From positions 478 through 64,477 of the forward strand of contig CAYYSD010000003.1 of assembly GCA_964474285.1 (NCBI GenBank): 64,000 nucleotides of DNA. Direction: 5' to 3'. Origin of the DNA: an uncultured Anaerolineaceae bacterium. GTDB lineage: Bacteria; Chloroflexota; Dehalococcoidia; Tepidiformales; Tepidiformaceae. Positions 44,804 through 53,654 of the stretch are shown piece after piece; within the stretch, counting starts at the first letter, position 1; each line of letters begins with the position of its first letter. The translations under genes and the position numbers were made by a program. The notes under the pieces are model-generated. The model saw only the letters and a list, made by a program, of their open reading frames with translations, ran no database searches and was not told where the DNA came from.

Positions 44804-46042
44804 TTAAACCCCCCTGAAGGGTGCGTCGACGATCGTTCGAGCCTGACGCAGAGAAGAGATCGTTTCGTCGGACATCCCGAGCAGCCCGGAGAAGATGTCG
44901 TCGTTGTCGGCGCCGAATCGCGGGGCGGGTTTCACCGGCGGGGCAGGCTCAACGGCGAAGTGCCAGGCGACGGCGGGCACAGGACTCGGCCCCAGCGATT
45001 CGTCCTGGACAAACGGGTGCGCGCCACGATGTACCAGGTGCGCGTCTGTCAGCAGTTCCGACGGCCGGAGGACCGCTGCCGCCGGGATCTGCGCGGCGAG
45101 CAGGCGCGCCTCCACGCGCCGGTCCGTTTGGCCTGCGCACCATGCCGCCAGGGCCGTCTCGATCCGGTCCTGGTCGGCGAGCCGTCCGGCAACGGTCCGC
45201 AGGGTCTCGTCAGCGCCAAGTTCATGCAGATGGGCGACCTTGCAAAGCCGCAGCCATTCGGCATCGTCCCTGACGGCAATGGCCACCCATCTGTCTTTAC
45301 CCTCGCAAGCGAAAACGCCGTGGGGCGCCATGTGTCCGCTCCGGTTGCCCTGGCGGGCCGGCACTTCAACGCCGACCGAGGCTGCAATGAGCGTCTCTCC
45401 CACCGTTTGCAGGCCGCCGTCCAGCATCGCGCACTCCACGTGCTGCCCCTCGCCAGTGCGGCGGCGATGACGCACCGCTGCGATGGCCCCAAGCGCGGCC
45501 AGGACGCCGGCATTCTGGTCGCAATAGTGAGCTCCGGGCTTCATCGGGCCGCCCCCCAGGTAGCCACCAAGGTGGGCGACGCCGCTCATGGCATCGATTC
45601 CGGGGCCGAAGCAGACGCGATTCGCGTAGGGGCCCTCGCTGCCGAATCCGGGCATCGAAACGAGGATGATGCCCGGGTTGGCGGCCTTGAGCGTTGGGTA
45701 TCCGAGGCCAAGCTGGCCCATTACACGGCTCGAGTAGTTTTCCAACACGACGTCGCTTACCGCGACGAGCGCCAGGAAGGCTTCCTTGCCTGCCGGGTGG
45801 CTCAGGTCGAGCGTCACGCTGCGCTTGCTGCGGTTGAGCTCGTTGAACTTGGACATCCGGTTCCAGGGCTCCATCGTTTCGCCCGGGTCCCCGTGGACGA
45901 ACTCGGAAGGCGACCTGGGCCGCGCGAATGGCGCCTCGACTTTGATCACGTCCGCGCCCATATCACCCAGGACGTGACCCGCCAGCGGGCCGGCGACAGC
46001 CAATCCCAGGTCGAGAACGCGAACTCCTTCGAGTGGTCGCAT
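44804..46042 (-). CDS. family III CoA-transferase (single module, Asp-containing)
   Basis: The ORF runs to a TTG at 46048, and ATG 46042 (MRPLEGVRVLDLGLAVAGPLAGHVLGDMGADVIKVE) is the likely start. The catalytic-Asp motif is HYCDQNAGVLAALGAIAAV. Confidence 0.9.
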   Translation of the reverse strand: MRPLEGVRVLDLGLAVAGPLAGHVLGDMGADVIKVEAPFARPRSPSEFVHGDPGETMEPWNRMSKFNELNRSKRSVTLDLSHPAGKEAFLALVAVSDVVLENYSSRVMGQLGLGYPTLKAANPGIILVSMPGFGSEGPYANRVCFGPGIDAMSGVAHLGGYLGGGPMKPGAHYCDQNAGVLAALGAIAAVRHRRRTGEGQHVECAMLDGGLQTVGETLIAASVGVEVPARQGNRSGHMAPHGVFACEGKDRWVAIAVRDDAEWLRLCKVAHLHELGADETLRTVAGRLADQDRIETALAAWCAGQTDRRVEARLLAAQIPAAAVLRPSELLTDAHLVHRGAHPFVQDESLGPSPVPAVAWHFAVEPAPPVKPAPRFGADNDDIFSGLLGMSDETISSLRQARTIVDAPFRGV

Positions 46043-46044
46043 CG

Positions 46045-47253
46045 TCAAATCACCTTCGCCCGCGACAGGGCGGCGATTTCGTCGTCACCCATCGCGAGGA
46101 GTTCCTTCAGGATTTCTGTCGTGTGCTCGCCCAGCCGGGGTGCGCGCGTCGTTTGCCACGGGCTGGCGCTGAAGCGGATGGACGAGTGGGGGTAAGTGGC
46201 AAGGCCAATGGCCGGTGAAGCGAGTTCGATCAGTGCGCCGCGCTGGAGAAGGTGTTCATCAGTCACCACCTCGGCAGGAGTGAAGACCTCCGTGAACGGC
46301 AGCCGCAGCGCCTGCGCCTGTTCCACGATCTCCGCCCGGTCACGGGTAGCCAGCCATTGATCGAGCAACGCATCGATCTCGTCCGCATGCCCCTTGGGCT
46401 CTTCGATGTACTCCGGGCGGGCGAGTTCGGGATCGCCGGTGAGTACGGCCAGCATTTCCTGTTCGCGAGAGGCATGGGCATGCACCCACCCATCCAGGCA
46501 GGGTCGAATGGTGGAGGGATACATCTGCTTCGGATTCAGGCTCGTGTTTCGATTGCCGACGCGGTTCGGCTCTTCGCCGAGGAAGTAGCTCCAGCCGGGA
46601 GCAGCGCTGGAAAGGAACGACGCTGCTTCGACCGTCGAAGCGTCGACGAATTCGCCCGCGCCGGTGAGTTCCGCGCGGAGCACCGCCGCCACTGCCCCGG
46701 TCGCAGCGTGCAATCCTGCGTGATACTCAGCCTGAAAGCCGTACGGCTTCAAGGGCTCTCGGTCTGGATCTCCCGTGAGGTAGAGATAGCCGCCGGCCGC
46801 CAGGGATGTGAGTTCCGTTCCGGGCCTGTCGCGGTACGGACCGTCGGCGCCGAAGTCTGAAACCGCCGCCACGACGAGGCTCTCCTTGAGGGCGTGCAGG
46901 GACTCCCAGTCCAGCCCGAGCTGACGGGTGCGCTGGTATGGCTCCCCGGTGACAACGACGGCCGCCCACGACGTGATCAGCCGCTGGAGAATCTCCCGTC
47001 CCGCCGGGTTCTCGATGTCCAGCGTCAGGCTGCGCTTGCCCAGGTTCACATTGTGGAACAGCGCGCTTTCGTCGAGGGGGTCTTTCGCCGGGATGAACGG
47101 CGGAGTTCGCCGGGCAGGATCGCCCGTCCCTGGTCGTTCAACCTTGATCACGGCGGCCCCGAGGCTCGCCAGGAGTTTGCCACAAAACGGGCCGGCGACA
47201 CCCGGAGAGGTGTCGATGACATTGACCCCATCCAGAGGACCGGGGGAGGTCAT
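46045..47253 (-). CDS. family III CoA-transferase paralog with Glu at the catalytic-Asp position
   Basis: Start ATG 47253 overlaps the SDR stop (ATGA). LDGVNVIDTSPGVAGPFCGKLLASLGAAVIKVE. The motif position reads FQAEYHAGLHAATGAVAAV. Confidence 0.85.
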   Translation of the reverse strand: MTSPGPLDGVNVIDTSPGVAGPFCGKLLASLGAAVIKVERPGTGDPARRTPPFIPAKDPLDESALFHNVNLGKRSLTLDIENPAGREILQRLITSWAAVVVTGEPYQRTRQLGLDWESLHALKESLVVAAVSDFGADGPYRDRPGTELTSLAAGGYLYLTGDPDREPLKPYGFQAEYHAGLHAATGAVAAVLRAELTGAGEFVDASTVEAASFLSSAAPGWSYFLGEEPNRVGNRNTSLNPKQMYPSTIRPCLDGWVHAHASREQEMLAVLTGDPELARPEYIEEPKGHADEIDALLDQWLATRDRAEIVEQAQALRLPFTEVFTPAEVVTDEHLLQRGALIELASPAIGLATYPHSSIRFSASPWQTTRAPRLGEHTTEILKELLAMGDDEIAALSRAKVI

Positions 47254-48068
47254 TCGCGCTTGCCTCGACCGGACGAAAGCCACGTTCCGCCATCAGCCAC
47301 CAGTGTGCAGCCCGTGACATAACTTGCGGCGTCACTGAGCAGGAAGACCGTTGCCCAGGCGATGTCCTCGATCTCGCCATGCCTGCGCAGCGGCGCCCGC
47401 GATCCGCGTTCGGCGATGCTGCGCTCATCGGCGAGGGTGGCCCGGTTCACACCTTCCGAGGGCACGTAGCCCGGTGCGACCGAGTTGCTTCGGATTCCGT
47501 GTGGACCCCACTCCACCGCGAGGCTCTTCATGATCGACTCAACACCGGCCTTGCCGGCGCCGCCGTGGACGCGCCCCGGGTTGCCGGTGTTGGGAGATGT
47601 GCTCGTGATATTCACGACGGCTCCACCAGTGCCTCGCTCGATCAGACGGCGGCCGAGCGCCTGGTAACAGAAGAATGTGCCAAATATGTCAGTTTCCACC
47701 ACCGACCGGAAGCCGTTGGGGGTCAACTTTTCAGCGTCAACCGTGAAGGTCGCGCCGGCGTTGTTGACGAGCAGGCGCGGAGGCCCGACGAGCTCGTCGA
47801 CCCTGGCGAACATTGCCTCCACGGCGTCCGGATCCCGGACATCGCAGGGGATCGCCTCCGCGCGGCCGCCCGACGAGTTGATCTCGTCGGCGACCTTGCG
47901 GAGGTTCTCTTCTTTGCGGCTGGTGACCACCACAGAGGCGCCCACAGCTGAAAGCGCGAGGGCGATGCCACGACCAATCCCTGTCCCGCCACCTGTCACG
48001 ACGGCAATCTCATCCTTAAGGAGGTCATCCCGGAATGGGACGCGACCTCGAAGAAGCGACCTGGCCAA
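47250..48068 (-). CDS. SDR-family oxidoreductase, 2,4-dienoyl-CoA reductase (DECR)-like
   Basis: 272-aa ORF. AVVTGGGTGIGRGIA, LVNNAG, and GGAGKAGVESIMKSLAVEWGPHGIRSNSVAPG, which resembles the DECR-type SASAKAGVEAMSKSLAAEW segment rather than classical Y-x-x-x-K. Confidence 0.85.
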   Translation of the reverse strand: MARSLLRGRVPFRDDLLKDEIAVVTGGGTGIGRGIALALSAVGASVVVTSRKEENLRKVADEINSSGGRAEAIPCDVRDPDAVEAMFARVDELVGPPRLLVNNAGATFTVDAEKLTPNGFRSVVETDIFGTFFCYQALGRRLIERGTGGAVVNITSTSPNTGNPGRVHGGAGKAGVESIMKSLAVEWGPHGIRSNSVAPGYVPSEGVNRATLADERSIAERGSRAPLRRHGEIEDIAWATVFLLSDAASYVTGCTLVADGGTWLSSGRGKRE

Positions 48069-48130
48069 CGTTCACCTCACCTCTCATCGCCCGTGGCATC
48101 ACCCGTGGCAAGTTTCACAATCCCTGCGCG

Positions 48131-49828
48131 CTAGACGTCGTGCCACAGCCGCGTGAACTGACGCGGGCGATTCGACGAATAGGTGGGCTTGTAACCCTTG
48201 ATGGAGGCGGCGCGGACTTCGAACACCGGCGAATTGTAGGCGAATCCGTAAGGCGCCTCTTCGATCAGCTTGCGCTGAATAGTCAGGATCGTCGCCTTTC
48301 GTTCGGTATTGTTGAGCTGCGTTCGCTGCAGCTCCAGGAGCTTGTCCACCTCAGGGCTGTTGTAGCCTGAGGAGTTCCGTGAAGACTTGGAGTGGAACGG
48401 CGCGTACACGTATTCGTCCGGGTTGTCGCGGAAGCCGGCGCCGGTCGTGATGAACTGGTAGTCCAGGTTGAGCGTGAGCGGAACCCAGGCTGCATATTCC
48501 TTCTTGTCGAGCTTCAGCTTGACCCCGGCCTTCTGCAACTGTTGTTGCAGCACCACCGCGGCCTGCTCGTTGCTGGTCGGCGGATTGTAGAACAGGATGG
48601 CGAATTCGGTGTCGGTATGACCGGCAGCCGCGAGAAGCTTCTTTGCCTCCGCGATGTCCGCGTCCTTCTGTTCGCGGTAGCCGGGCATCTTCGAGAGCTC
48701 ATCCTTCGGGATTGCCCACTCCGTCAGTGCAAACGGAATCGCCCCGGTGATGTCTGCCTTGCCGTCCTGCAGGAGCTCGATCAGTTGCTTCCGATCCATG
48801 ATCAGATCGATGGCACGGCGAACCCGGGGGTCGTTGAACGGGGGCCTCGATGCGTTGAACCGCAACGCGGTGATGCCTCCCTGGAGCGACTCTTCGTAGG
48901 TGAACGCCTTGTCGTTCTTGAACGTAGCGGCCTGGTCCGGGTCAGGGTTCTCCATGTCGAGTTGCTTCGCGCGGAGTGCGCCCAGGCGGGTGCCCTTGTC
49001 GGGAACGACCGAGACGGTGAGCCCATCAAGGTAGGGCAGGTCCTTCTGCCAGTAGTCGGGGTTCCTTGTCGACTTGTATGCGACACCCTTCTGTCCCGAG
49101 CTGTAGAGGAACGGCCCCGTACCAAGCACCTTGGTGCGGAGGTCCCCATCACCTGCAGCTTCTTTGGCCGCCATGCCGTTGAACGGGTTCGCGAGGTACG
49201 CCAGGAGGGGAGCGAAAGGCTGCTTGAGCTTGATCAGCACCGTCTTTGCGTCCGGCGCCGTGATCGAGGTGATGTCCTCAAACATGTAACGACGCTGGAA
49301 CTCGGGCTTGTTGGTGGCGATTCGCTGGATGTTCCAGACGACATCCTCGGCGGTGAACGCGCGTCCGTTCGCAGGTGCGATGTTGTGGAACTTCACGCCA
49401 TCGCGAAGCTTCAACGTAAGCGTTGTATTGTCCGGTTGCTCCCAGGATGTCGCCAGTTCAGGGCCGATCACCAGATCGGAATTCAGGCTTAGAAGGCGAT
49501 CGTAGCTACCCTGGACGACGTATTGCGTGCGGTAGGACGCTTCGATGTGCGTGTCGAGGCTCACCGGGTCGGCGTCCATGGCGACGCGGATTTCGCCGCC
49601 TCGCTTGCCCGCCGGTTCTGCGGTGGGCGATCCCGAGGTCGTGGTCCCCACGCTCAGCGAACCAACGGTCGCTGTCGGGGCGGGGTCGCCATCATCGTCG
49701 CCGCAACCAACGGTTGCCAGCGCCGCGGCACCGGCAGTTGCGCCTGCGGCGCCGGACAGCCAGCGGCGGCGCGAGATCCGCGTTCGCCTTAGCCAGTAGT
49801 TGTCACTTTCATTTCGTAGTTTCATCAC
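48131..49828 (-). CDS. ABC transporter substrate-binding lipoprotein, family 5
   Basis: 565-aa ORF. DNYWLRRTRISRRRWLSG (twin-arginine), lipobox TVGCG and a poly-Asp linker, then a family 5 SBP body. Confidence 0.85.
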   Translation of the reverse strand: MMKLRNESDNYWLRRTRISRRRWLSGAAGATAGAAALATVGCGDDDGDPAPTATVGSLSVGTTTSGSPTAEPAGKRGGEIRVAMDADPVSLDTHIEASYRTQYVVQGSYDRLLSLNSDLVIGPELATSWEQPDNTTLTLKLRDGVKFHNIAPANGRAFTAEDVVWNIQRIATNKPEFQRRYMFEDITSITAPDAKTVLIKLKQPFAPLLAYLANPFNGMAAKEAAGDGDLRTKVLGTGPFLYSSGQKGVAYKSTRNPDYWQKDLPYLDGLTVSVVPDKGTRLGALRAKQLDMENPDPDQAATFKNDKAFTYEESLQGGITALRFNASRPPFNDPRVRRAIDLIMDRKQLIELLQDGKADITGAIPFALTEWAIPKDELSKMPGYREQKDADIAEAKKLLAAAGHTDTEFAILFYNPPTSNEQAAVVLQQQLQKAGVKLKLDKKEYAAWVPLTLNLDYQFITTGAGFRDNPDEYVYAPFHSKSSRNSSGYNSPEVDKLLELQRTQLNNTERKATILTIQRKLIEEAPYGFAYNSPVFEVRAASIKGYKPTYSSNRPRQFTRLWHDV

Positions 49829-49919
49829 GTAATCCCCTCACGGTTCTTTCCGGGTCGTCGTTGGAAGATCGGCATGTCACCTGCCAGAAGCGGTACCTCC
49901 TCACGTAAATCTCGCCCGG

Positions 49920-50846
49920 TCACTTCACAAAGAGACGAGGATCCAGCGCATCGCGTAGAGCATCGCCGATGAAATTGGCTGAAAGGATTGCCAGGCTGAC
50001 CACCGTCGCGGGGACGAGCACCAGCCACGGTGCTTCGACCATGTACTCACGGCCTTCGCTGCTGATCATCGCGCCGAGCGATGGCTCGGGCGGCGGAGTG
50101 CCAAACCCGAGGAAGCTGAGCGACGCGGCGATGAGGATGGACGAACCCAGTTCTGCGGATGCGATGACCAGGATCGATGACGTGATGTTAGGAAGGATGT
50201 GCCGGGTGAGGGCTCGCGATTGCGTTGCACCCACCACCTTGCAGGCGAGCACATAGTCCCGTTCCTTCTCTGCGAGCGTTGACGCACGCACCACGCGCTG
50301 GACGGTTGGCACCGTGACGACGCCAATCGCAAAGATGAGGGTGATATAGGAGGGAGAGAGAATCGTGAGCACCAGGATGCCCAGGAACAGCGATGGGAGT
50401 GCGCTCACCGCGTCCATGATTCGTTGGACCACCAGATCGAACTTCCCACCGGCAAACGCCGACAGGCCGCCCACCGCAGTCCCGAGGCTGATGCTCACGA
50501 CGACCGCCCCGAGCGCCACGACGATCGAAGGGCGAACCCCGTACATAACACGTGTGAGCACGTCCCGGCCCAGGTGGTCCGTCCCTGCCAGGTTGGCAGA
50601 AGACGGGGCTTCGAGGCGGCCGGCCACGCCGATCTCGTACGGGTCTTCGGGGGCAATCCGCGGTCCGATGGCAGCAATCACCATCAACGCCACGAAGATG
50701 ACCAGCCCGAACATCCCAAGTGGCTGTTTACTGAATCGCCGGATGATCTCTCGCTGCGATCCACGACTTCCGGAGGCTTTCACCCTGTCTCGGCCGAGCT
50801 CCTGCGGGGCCATCGCTGTCGCGCTGGATTCGTCCGAACCGTTCAT
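49920..50846 (-). CDS. ABC transporter permease (DppC/OppC type)
   Basis: 308-aa ORF. The start overlaps the upstream stop (ATGA at 50843-50846). LAGTDHLGRDVLTRVMYGVR ... YVLACKVVGATQSRALTRHILPN. Confidence 0.9.
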   Translation of the reverse strand: MNGSDESSATAMAPQELGRDRVKASGSRGSQREIIRRFSKQPLGMFGLVIFVALMVIAAIGPRIAPEDPYEIGVAGRLEAPSSANLAGTDHLGRDVLTRVMYGVRPSIVVALGAVVVSISLGTAVGGLSAFAGGKFDLVVQRIMDAVSALPSLFLGILVLTILSPSYITLIFAIGVVTVPTVQRVVRASTLAEKERDYVLACKVVGATQSRALTRHILPNITSSILVIASAELGSSILIAASLSFLGFGTPPPEPSLGAMISSEGREYMVEAPWLVLVPATVVSLAILSANFIGDALRDALDPRLFVK

Positions 50847-51787
50847 GAGTAGCGAATCCTGGGGTCAAGCAACCCGTAACTCAGGTCCACGAGCAGGTTG
50901 CTGAACGTCACAACGAGGGCGATGAACAGCATGATCGCCTGGATCAACGTGTAGTCACGGCCGCTCACGGCGCTGATGAAGAGGCGGCCGACACCCGGCA
51001 GCGTGAAGATCGTCTCGGTGATGACCGATCCTGCAAGCAACCCGCCGACCTGTGCCCCCATGAGCGTGACGACAGGGATGAGCGAGTTCTTCATGGCGTG
51101 GTGATAGACCATCGCCCGGCGGCTCAGCCCTTTCGCCGCCGCGGTCCGCATGTAGTCCTGGCTGAGGACGTCGAGGAGCGATGAGCGGACCATGCGGCTC
51201 AGAAGGGCCGAACTCCGGTACCCCACGACGACTGCAGGGAACGCGAACTGCAGGAGGTTCCTGGCCGGGTCTTCGTAGATCGGAACGTACCCGGTGGGAG
51301 GCAGCCACCCGAACCAGACCGAGAGAAAGAGGATAACGAGCGTTCCTACCACGAACCCCGGGATCGAGAGCCCCGCGATCGCGATGATCCTGGAGACGAA
51401 GTCCGGCCAGCGACCTCGCGTGGTGGCCGCGATGATCCCGAGGGGAAGGGCCGCGAACCAGGCGACGGCCAGCCCCCCGACGGCGAGTTCAAAACTCACC
51501 GGGATGGCCCGCTTGAGGTCATCGAGCACTGGCTGCCGGGTGTGGAGCGAATCGCCGAGATCTCCCCGGACCACGTGGCTGAGCCACACGAAGTACTGCT
51601 GAACGACGGGCTTATCCAGTCCGAGCTGCTCGCGGAGCGCATCGACCTCAGCACGGCCGCCCTGGTCGCCGACCTGAAGTGTGGCCGGGTCACCCGGGAT
51701 AGCGCGCATGAGCAGGAAGATGAGCAGGGAGGAGAGCAGGACCGTGGGAATGACCAGCAGGAAGCGGCGCGCTACGTACTGAGTCAC
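50843..51787 (-). CDS. ABC transporter permease (DppB/OppB type)
   Basis: The probable start is GTG 51787 (VTQYVARRFLLVIPTVLL). QDYMRTAAAKGLSRRAMVYHHAMKNSLIPVVT. The track ORF to 51856 is an extension. Confidence 0.85.
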   Translation of the reverse strand: MTQYVARRFLLVIPTVLLSSLLIFLLMRAIPGDPATLQVGDQGGRAEVDALREQLGLDKPVVQQYFVWLSHVVRGDLGDSLHTRQPVLDDLKRAIPVSFELAVGGLAVAWFAALPLGIIAATTRGRWPDFVSRIIAIAGLSIPGFVVGTLVILFLSVWFGWLPPTGYVPIYEDPARNLLQFAFPAVVVGYRSSALLSRMVRSSLLDVLSQDYMRTAAAKGLSRRAMVYHHAMKNSLIPVVTLMGAQVGGLLAGSVITETIFTLPGVGRLFISAVSGRDYTLIQAIMLFIALVVTFSNLLVDLSYGLLDPRIRYS

Positions 51788-51869
51788 TCCACACCGACTT
51801 CCACGAGTTGCCGGCAGCTGCCTGTCGACGGCTTCATGAACGAATCCCCAGGGCACGTCTCGTGGCGGG

Positions 51870-51899
51870 ACTCTAAATCTTCAACCTTTAAAGTGTCAA
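51870..51899 (-). promoter_or_regulatory. conserved promoter/operator box, copy A
   Basis: Plus strand: ACTCTAAATCTTCAACCTTTAAAGTGTCAA. Minus strand: TTGACA-N18-TAGAGT. It is an AT-rich island about 75 nt upstream of GTG 51787 and matches copy B at 26 of 30 positions. Confidence 0.5.
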
Positions 51900-52106
51900 T
51901 AGGACTGATTTTCCAACGTATAGCATTTCACCGGAGGGGAGGTCGCCGGACACGGGGACTCATGGTGGTGATCGGAGCCAGCGCCCCCGACTCGCGCGGT
52001 CGACCCGCCACGTATGCACTGGCTGAGCGCGAGGCGGAAGACCCAACCCCGCCCATCCGTTGGCCGAGGGTCACGTATCACCGATGGGCCAACACAGTGC
52101 CGGCAC

Positions 52107-52139
52107 GGGAGCCCGGAGTACATTGCCCTCCGGGCTCCC
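52107..52139 (-). terminator. stem-loop downstream of the YHS gene (candidate terminator or RNA stabiliser)
   Basis: GGGAGCCCGGAG-tacattgcc-CTCCGGGCTCCC, a perfect 12-bp stem. There is no clear U-tract on the minus strand. Confidence 0.4.
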
Positions 52140-52152
52140 GCCAGAGAAGGCC

Positions 52153-52181
52153 CGTCGTCGCCAGGGGGAGCGTCGACGACG
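52153..52181 (-). terminator. stem-loop immediately after the YHS gene stop
   Basis: CGTCGTCG-13 nt-CGACGACG, a perfect 8-bp stem starting 4 nt after the TAG at 52185-52187. Confidence 0.3.
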
Positions 52182-52184
52182 AAC

Positions 52185-52403
52185 CTACTTTCTGAGTTGG
52201 ATGAAGTGCTCAGGCGTGTTGATGAACTGGCTCCGGCAATCGTTACCGCAGAAGTAGTACCATTTGCCATCGTCGTGAAGCTGGCGGCTGCCCTGTTCCG
52301 GGCTGACGACCGCGACGTTGGCCCTGGTCCTGCTGCCCCCGGCCTTGATGCCTTCGGGGTCGATAGGCTTGTCGCACACCATGCACGTTGAATTCATAGT
52401 CAT
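52185..52403 (-). CDS. YHS/TRASH-type small metal-binding domain protein
   Basis: 72-aa ORF. CMVCDKPIDPEG ... DGKWYYFCGNDCRSQFINTPEHF matches the YHS pattern C..C ... YYFCS..C...F...P..(Y/F). It lies 57 nt downstream of the ACAD gene on the same strand. Confidence 0.6.
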   Translation of the reverse strand: MTMNSTCMVCDKPIDPEGIKAGGSRTRANVAVVSPEQGSRQLHDDGKWYYFCGNDCRSQFINTPEHFIQLRK

Positions 52404-52460
52404 TCCTTCCCGTTCGAACAGCCGGCCTGCGCCGGGCGGGTTCGTGTCTCTGATCGTGAA

Positions 52461-53597
52461 TTAGACAGGCCCCAGGATGGAAACCGCCAGCCGTGCCCGG
52501 TGCTCCGGGGCTGTACCCAGTCGCGTGGCCCACGTGGCGACCCGCCGGAACCAGAGGTTCAGATTCAACTCGGCCGTCATCGCCAGACCTCCGTGCACGA
52601 CGTTGGCGTTGCGCACGGTCGCCAGGCACTTTTCGCTGCAGAACGCTTTCGCCTGCGACACTTCCGCCTCGGCGGGCAGTCCGTTCTCCAGCCTCCAGAG
52701 GGCCTCGTAGGAGAGGAGTTCAGCACCCTCGACCCAGATGAGCATGTCGGCGCAGGTGTGGGCGATCGTCTGGAACGAACCGATCGGGCGCCCGAACGCT
52801 GTCCGATGCTTCGCATAGTCGACCGCCAGTTCCATCGACCGGCGGGACGCGCCGGCCATCTGCGCGCAGAGGATGGCCGTGCCTCGATCCAGCATGCGCT
52901 CTGTGGCGGGCCAGCCGCCGTTCAACGGTCCGATGAGGTTCGAAGCCGACACCCTCACATTGTTGAACGTGACTTCGCTGATGCTCTCCTTGGCCACCGT
53001 GTTGTAGTTGTTCGAGGTGATCCCCGCGGTCTTGAGGTCGACAAGGAGCAGGGAAATGCCTTCCGCGCCGGTCGTCCCGGCCCTTGTCCGGCAGGCGACG
53101 ACGGCCGAGTCAGCGGAGTTCGCGTACTCCACGAATCGCTTCACGCCGTTGAGGACGAAGCCGTCACCGTCCTGGCGCGCTTCCATGCGGATGGCCTGCG
53201 GGATCAGCCGGGGATCGTCTTCGGTGAACGCCCAGGTCAGTACGGTCGCGCCCCGTGCCACGTTGGGGAGCACCGCGGCGCGCTGTTCGGCGCTGCCGTC
53301 CGAGGCGATCGTGAGCGCGGCCATCATCGTTGCGTGGAACGGGACCGGCGAAACGGCGCGGCCGAGTTCCGCGGCGATGATGCCGAGGTAGGTCAGGCCA
53401 AGGCCCTGTCCGCCGTGCTCTTCCGGGAGCGCGAGCCCCAGCCAGCCGAGCTCGGCGATCTTTGCCCAGAGTTCTGGGGAATAGCCACGCGGATCAGATT
53501 CAGCCTCGCGCGCAAGGTGTGGTGGCGACTCGATCTCGAGCATCGCGCGCGCGCTTCTTCGTAGCATCTCCTCTGTCTCATCGAACAGGACATTCAT
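52461..53597 (-). CDS. acyl-CoA dehydrogenase family protein (divergent C-terminus)
   Basis: 378-aa ORF with an ACAD fold: LPEEHGGQGL, WAFTEDD, HGGLAMTAELNLNLWFRR. The C-terminal segment reads RLGTAPEHRARLA where GTSEI-type motifs carry the catalytic Glu. Confidence 0.85.
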   Translation of the reverse strand: MNVLFDETEEMLRRSARAMLEIESPPHLAREAESDPRGYSPELWAKIAELGWLGLALPEEHGGQGLGLTYLGIIAAELGRAVSPVPFHATMMAALTIASDGSAEQRAAVLPNVARGATVLTWAFTEDDPRLIPQAIRMEARQDGDGFVLNGVKRFVEYANSADSAVVACRTRAGTTGAEGISLLLVDLKTAGITSNNYNTVAKESISEVTFNNVRVSASNLIGPLNGGWPATERMLDRGTAILCAQMAGASRRSMELAVDYAKHRTAFGRPIGSFQTIAHTCADMLIWVEGAELLSYEALWRLENGLPAEAEVSQAKAFCSEKCLATVRNANVVHGGLAMTAELNLNLWFRRVATWATRLGTAPEHRARLAVSILGPV

Positions 53598-53654
53598 GGC
53601 AGCATCCCTTTCTACGTTGTGCGTTTGGGCGGAACCGGAGGCGTCCGTTGTGGG

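Noticed and set aside
44781-44809. Possible fourth, inverted copy of the promoter/operator box just upstream of the GntR gene (CTCTGAGGTTGAATCATTGGAGATTAAAC)
   Set aside because: It shares only GGTTGAA and GATT(A/T)A segments and needs an 8-nt insertion to align. That is too weak to count, though it would fit GntR autoregulation. It should be scored with a matrix built from genome-wide sites.
51900-52184. Small ORFs or an sRNA in the ~400-bp gap between the YHS gene and box A
   Set aside because: The ORFs there (124 aa on the minus strand, 125 aa on the plus strand) are shadow-like. The two strong hairpins are adequately explained as termination or stabilisation structures for the upstream operon.
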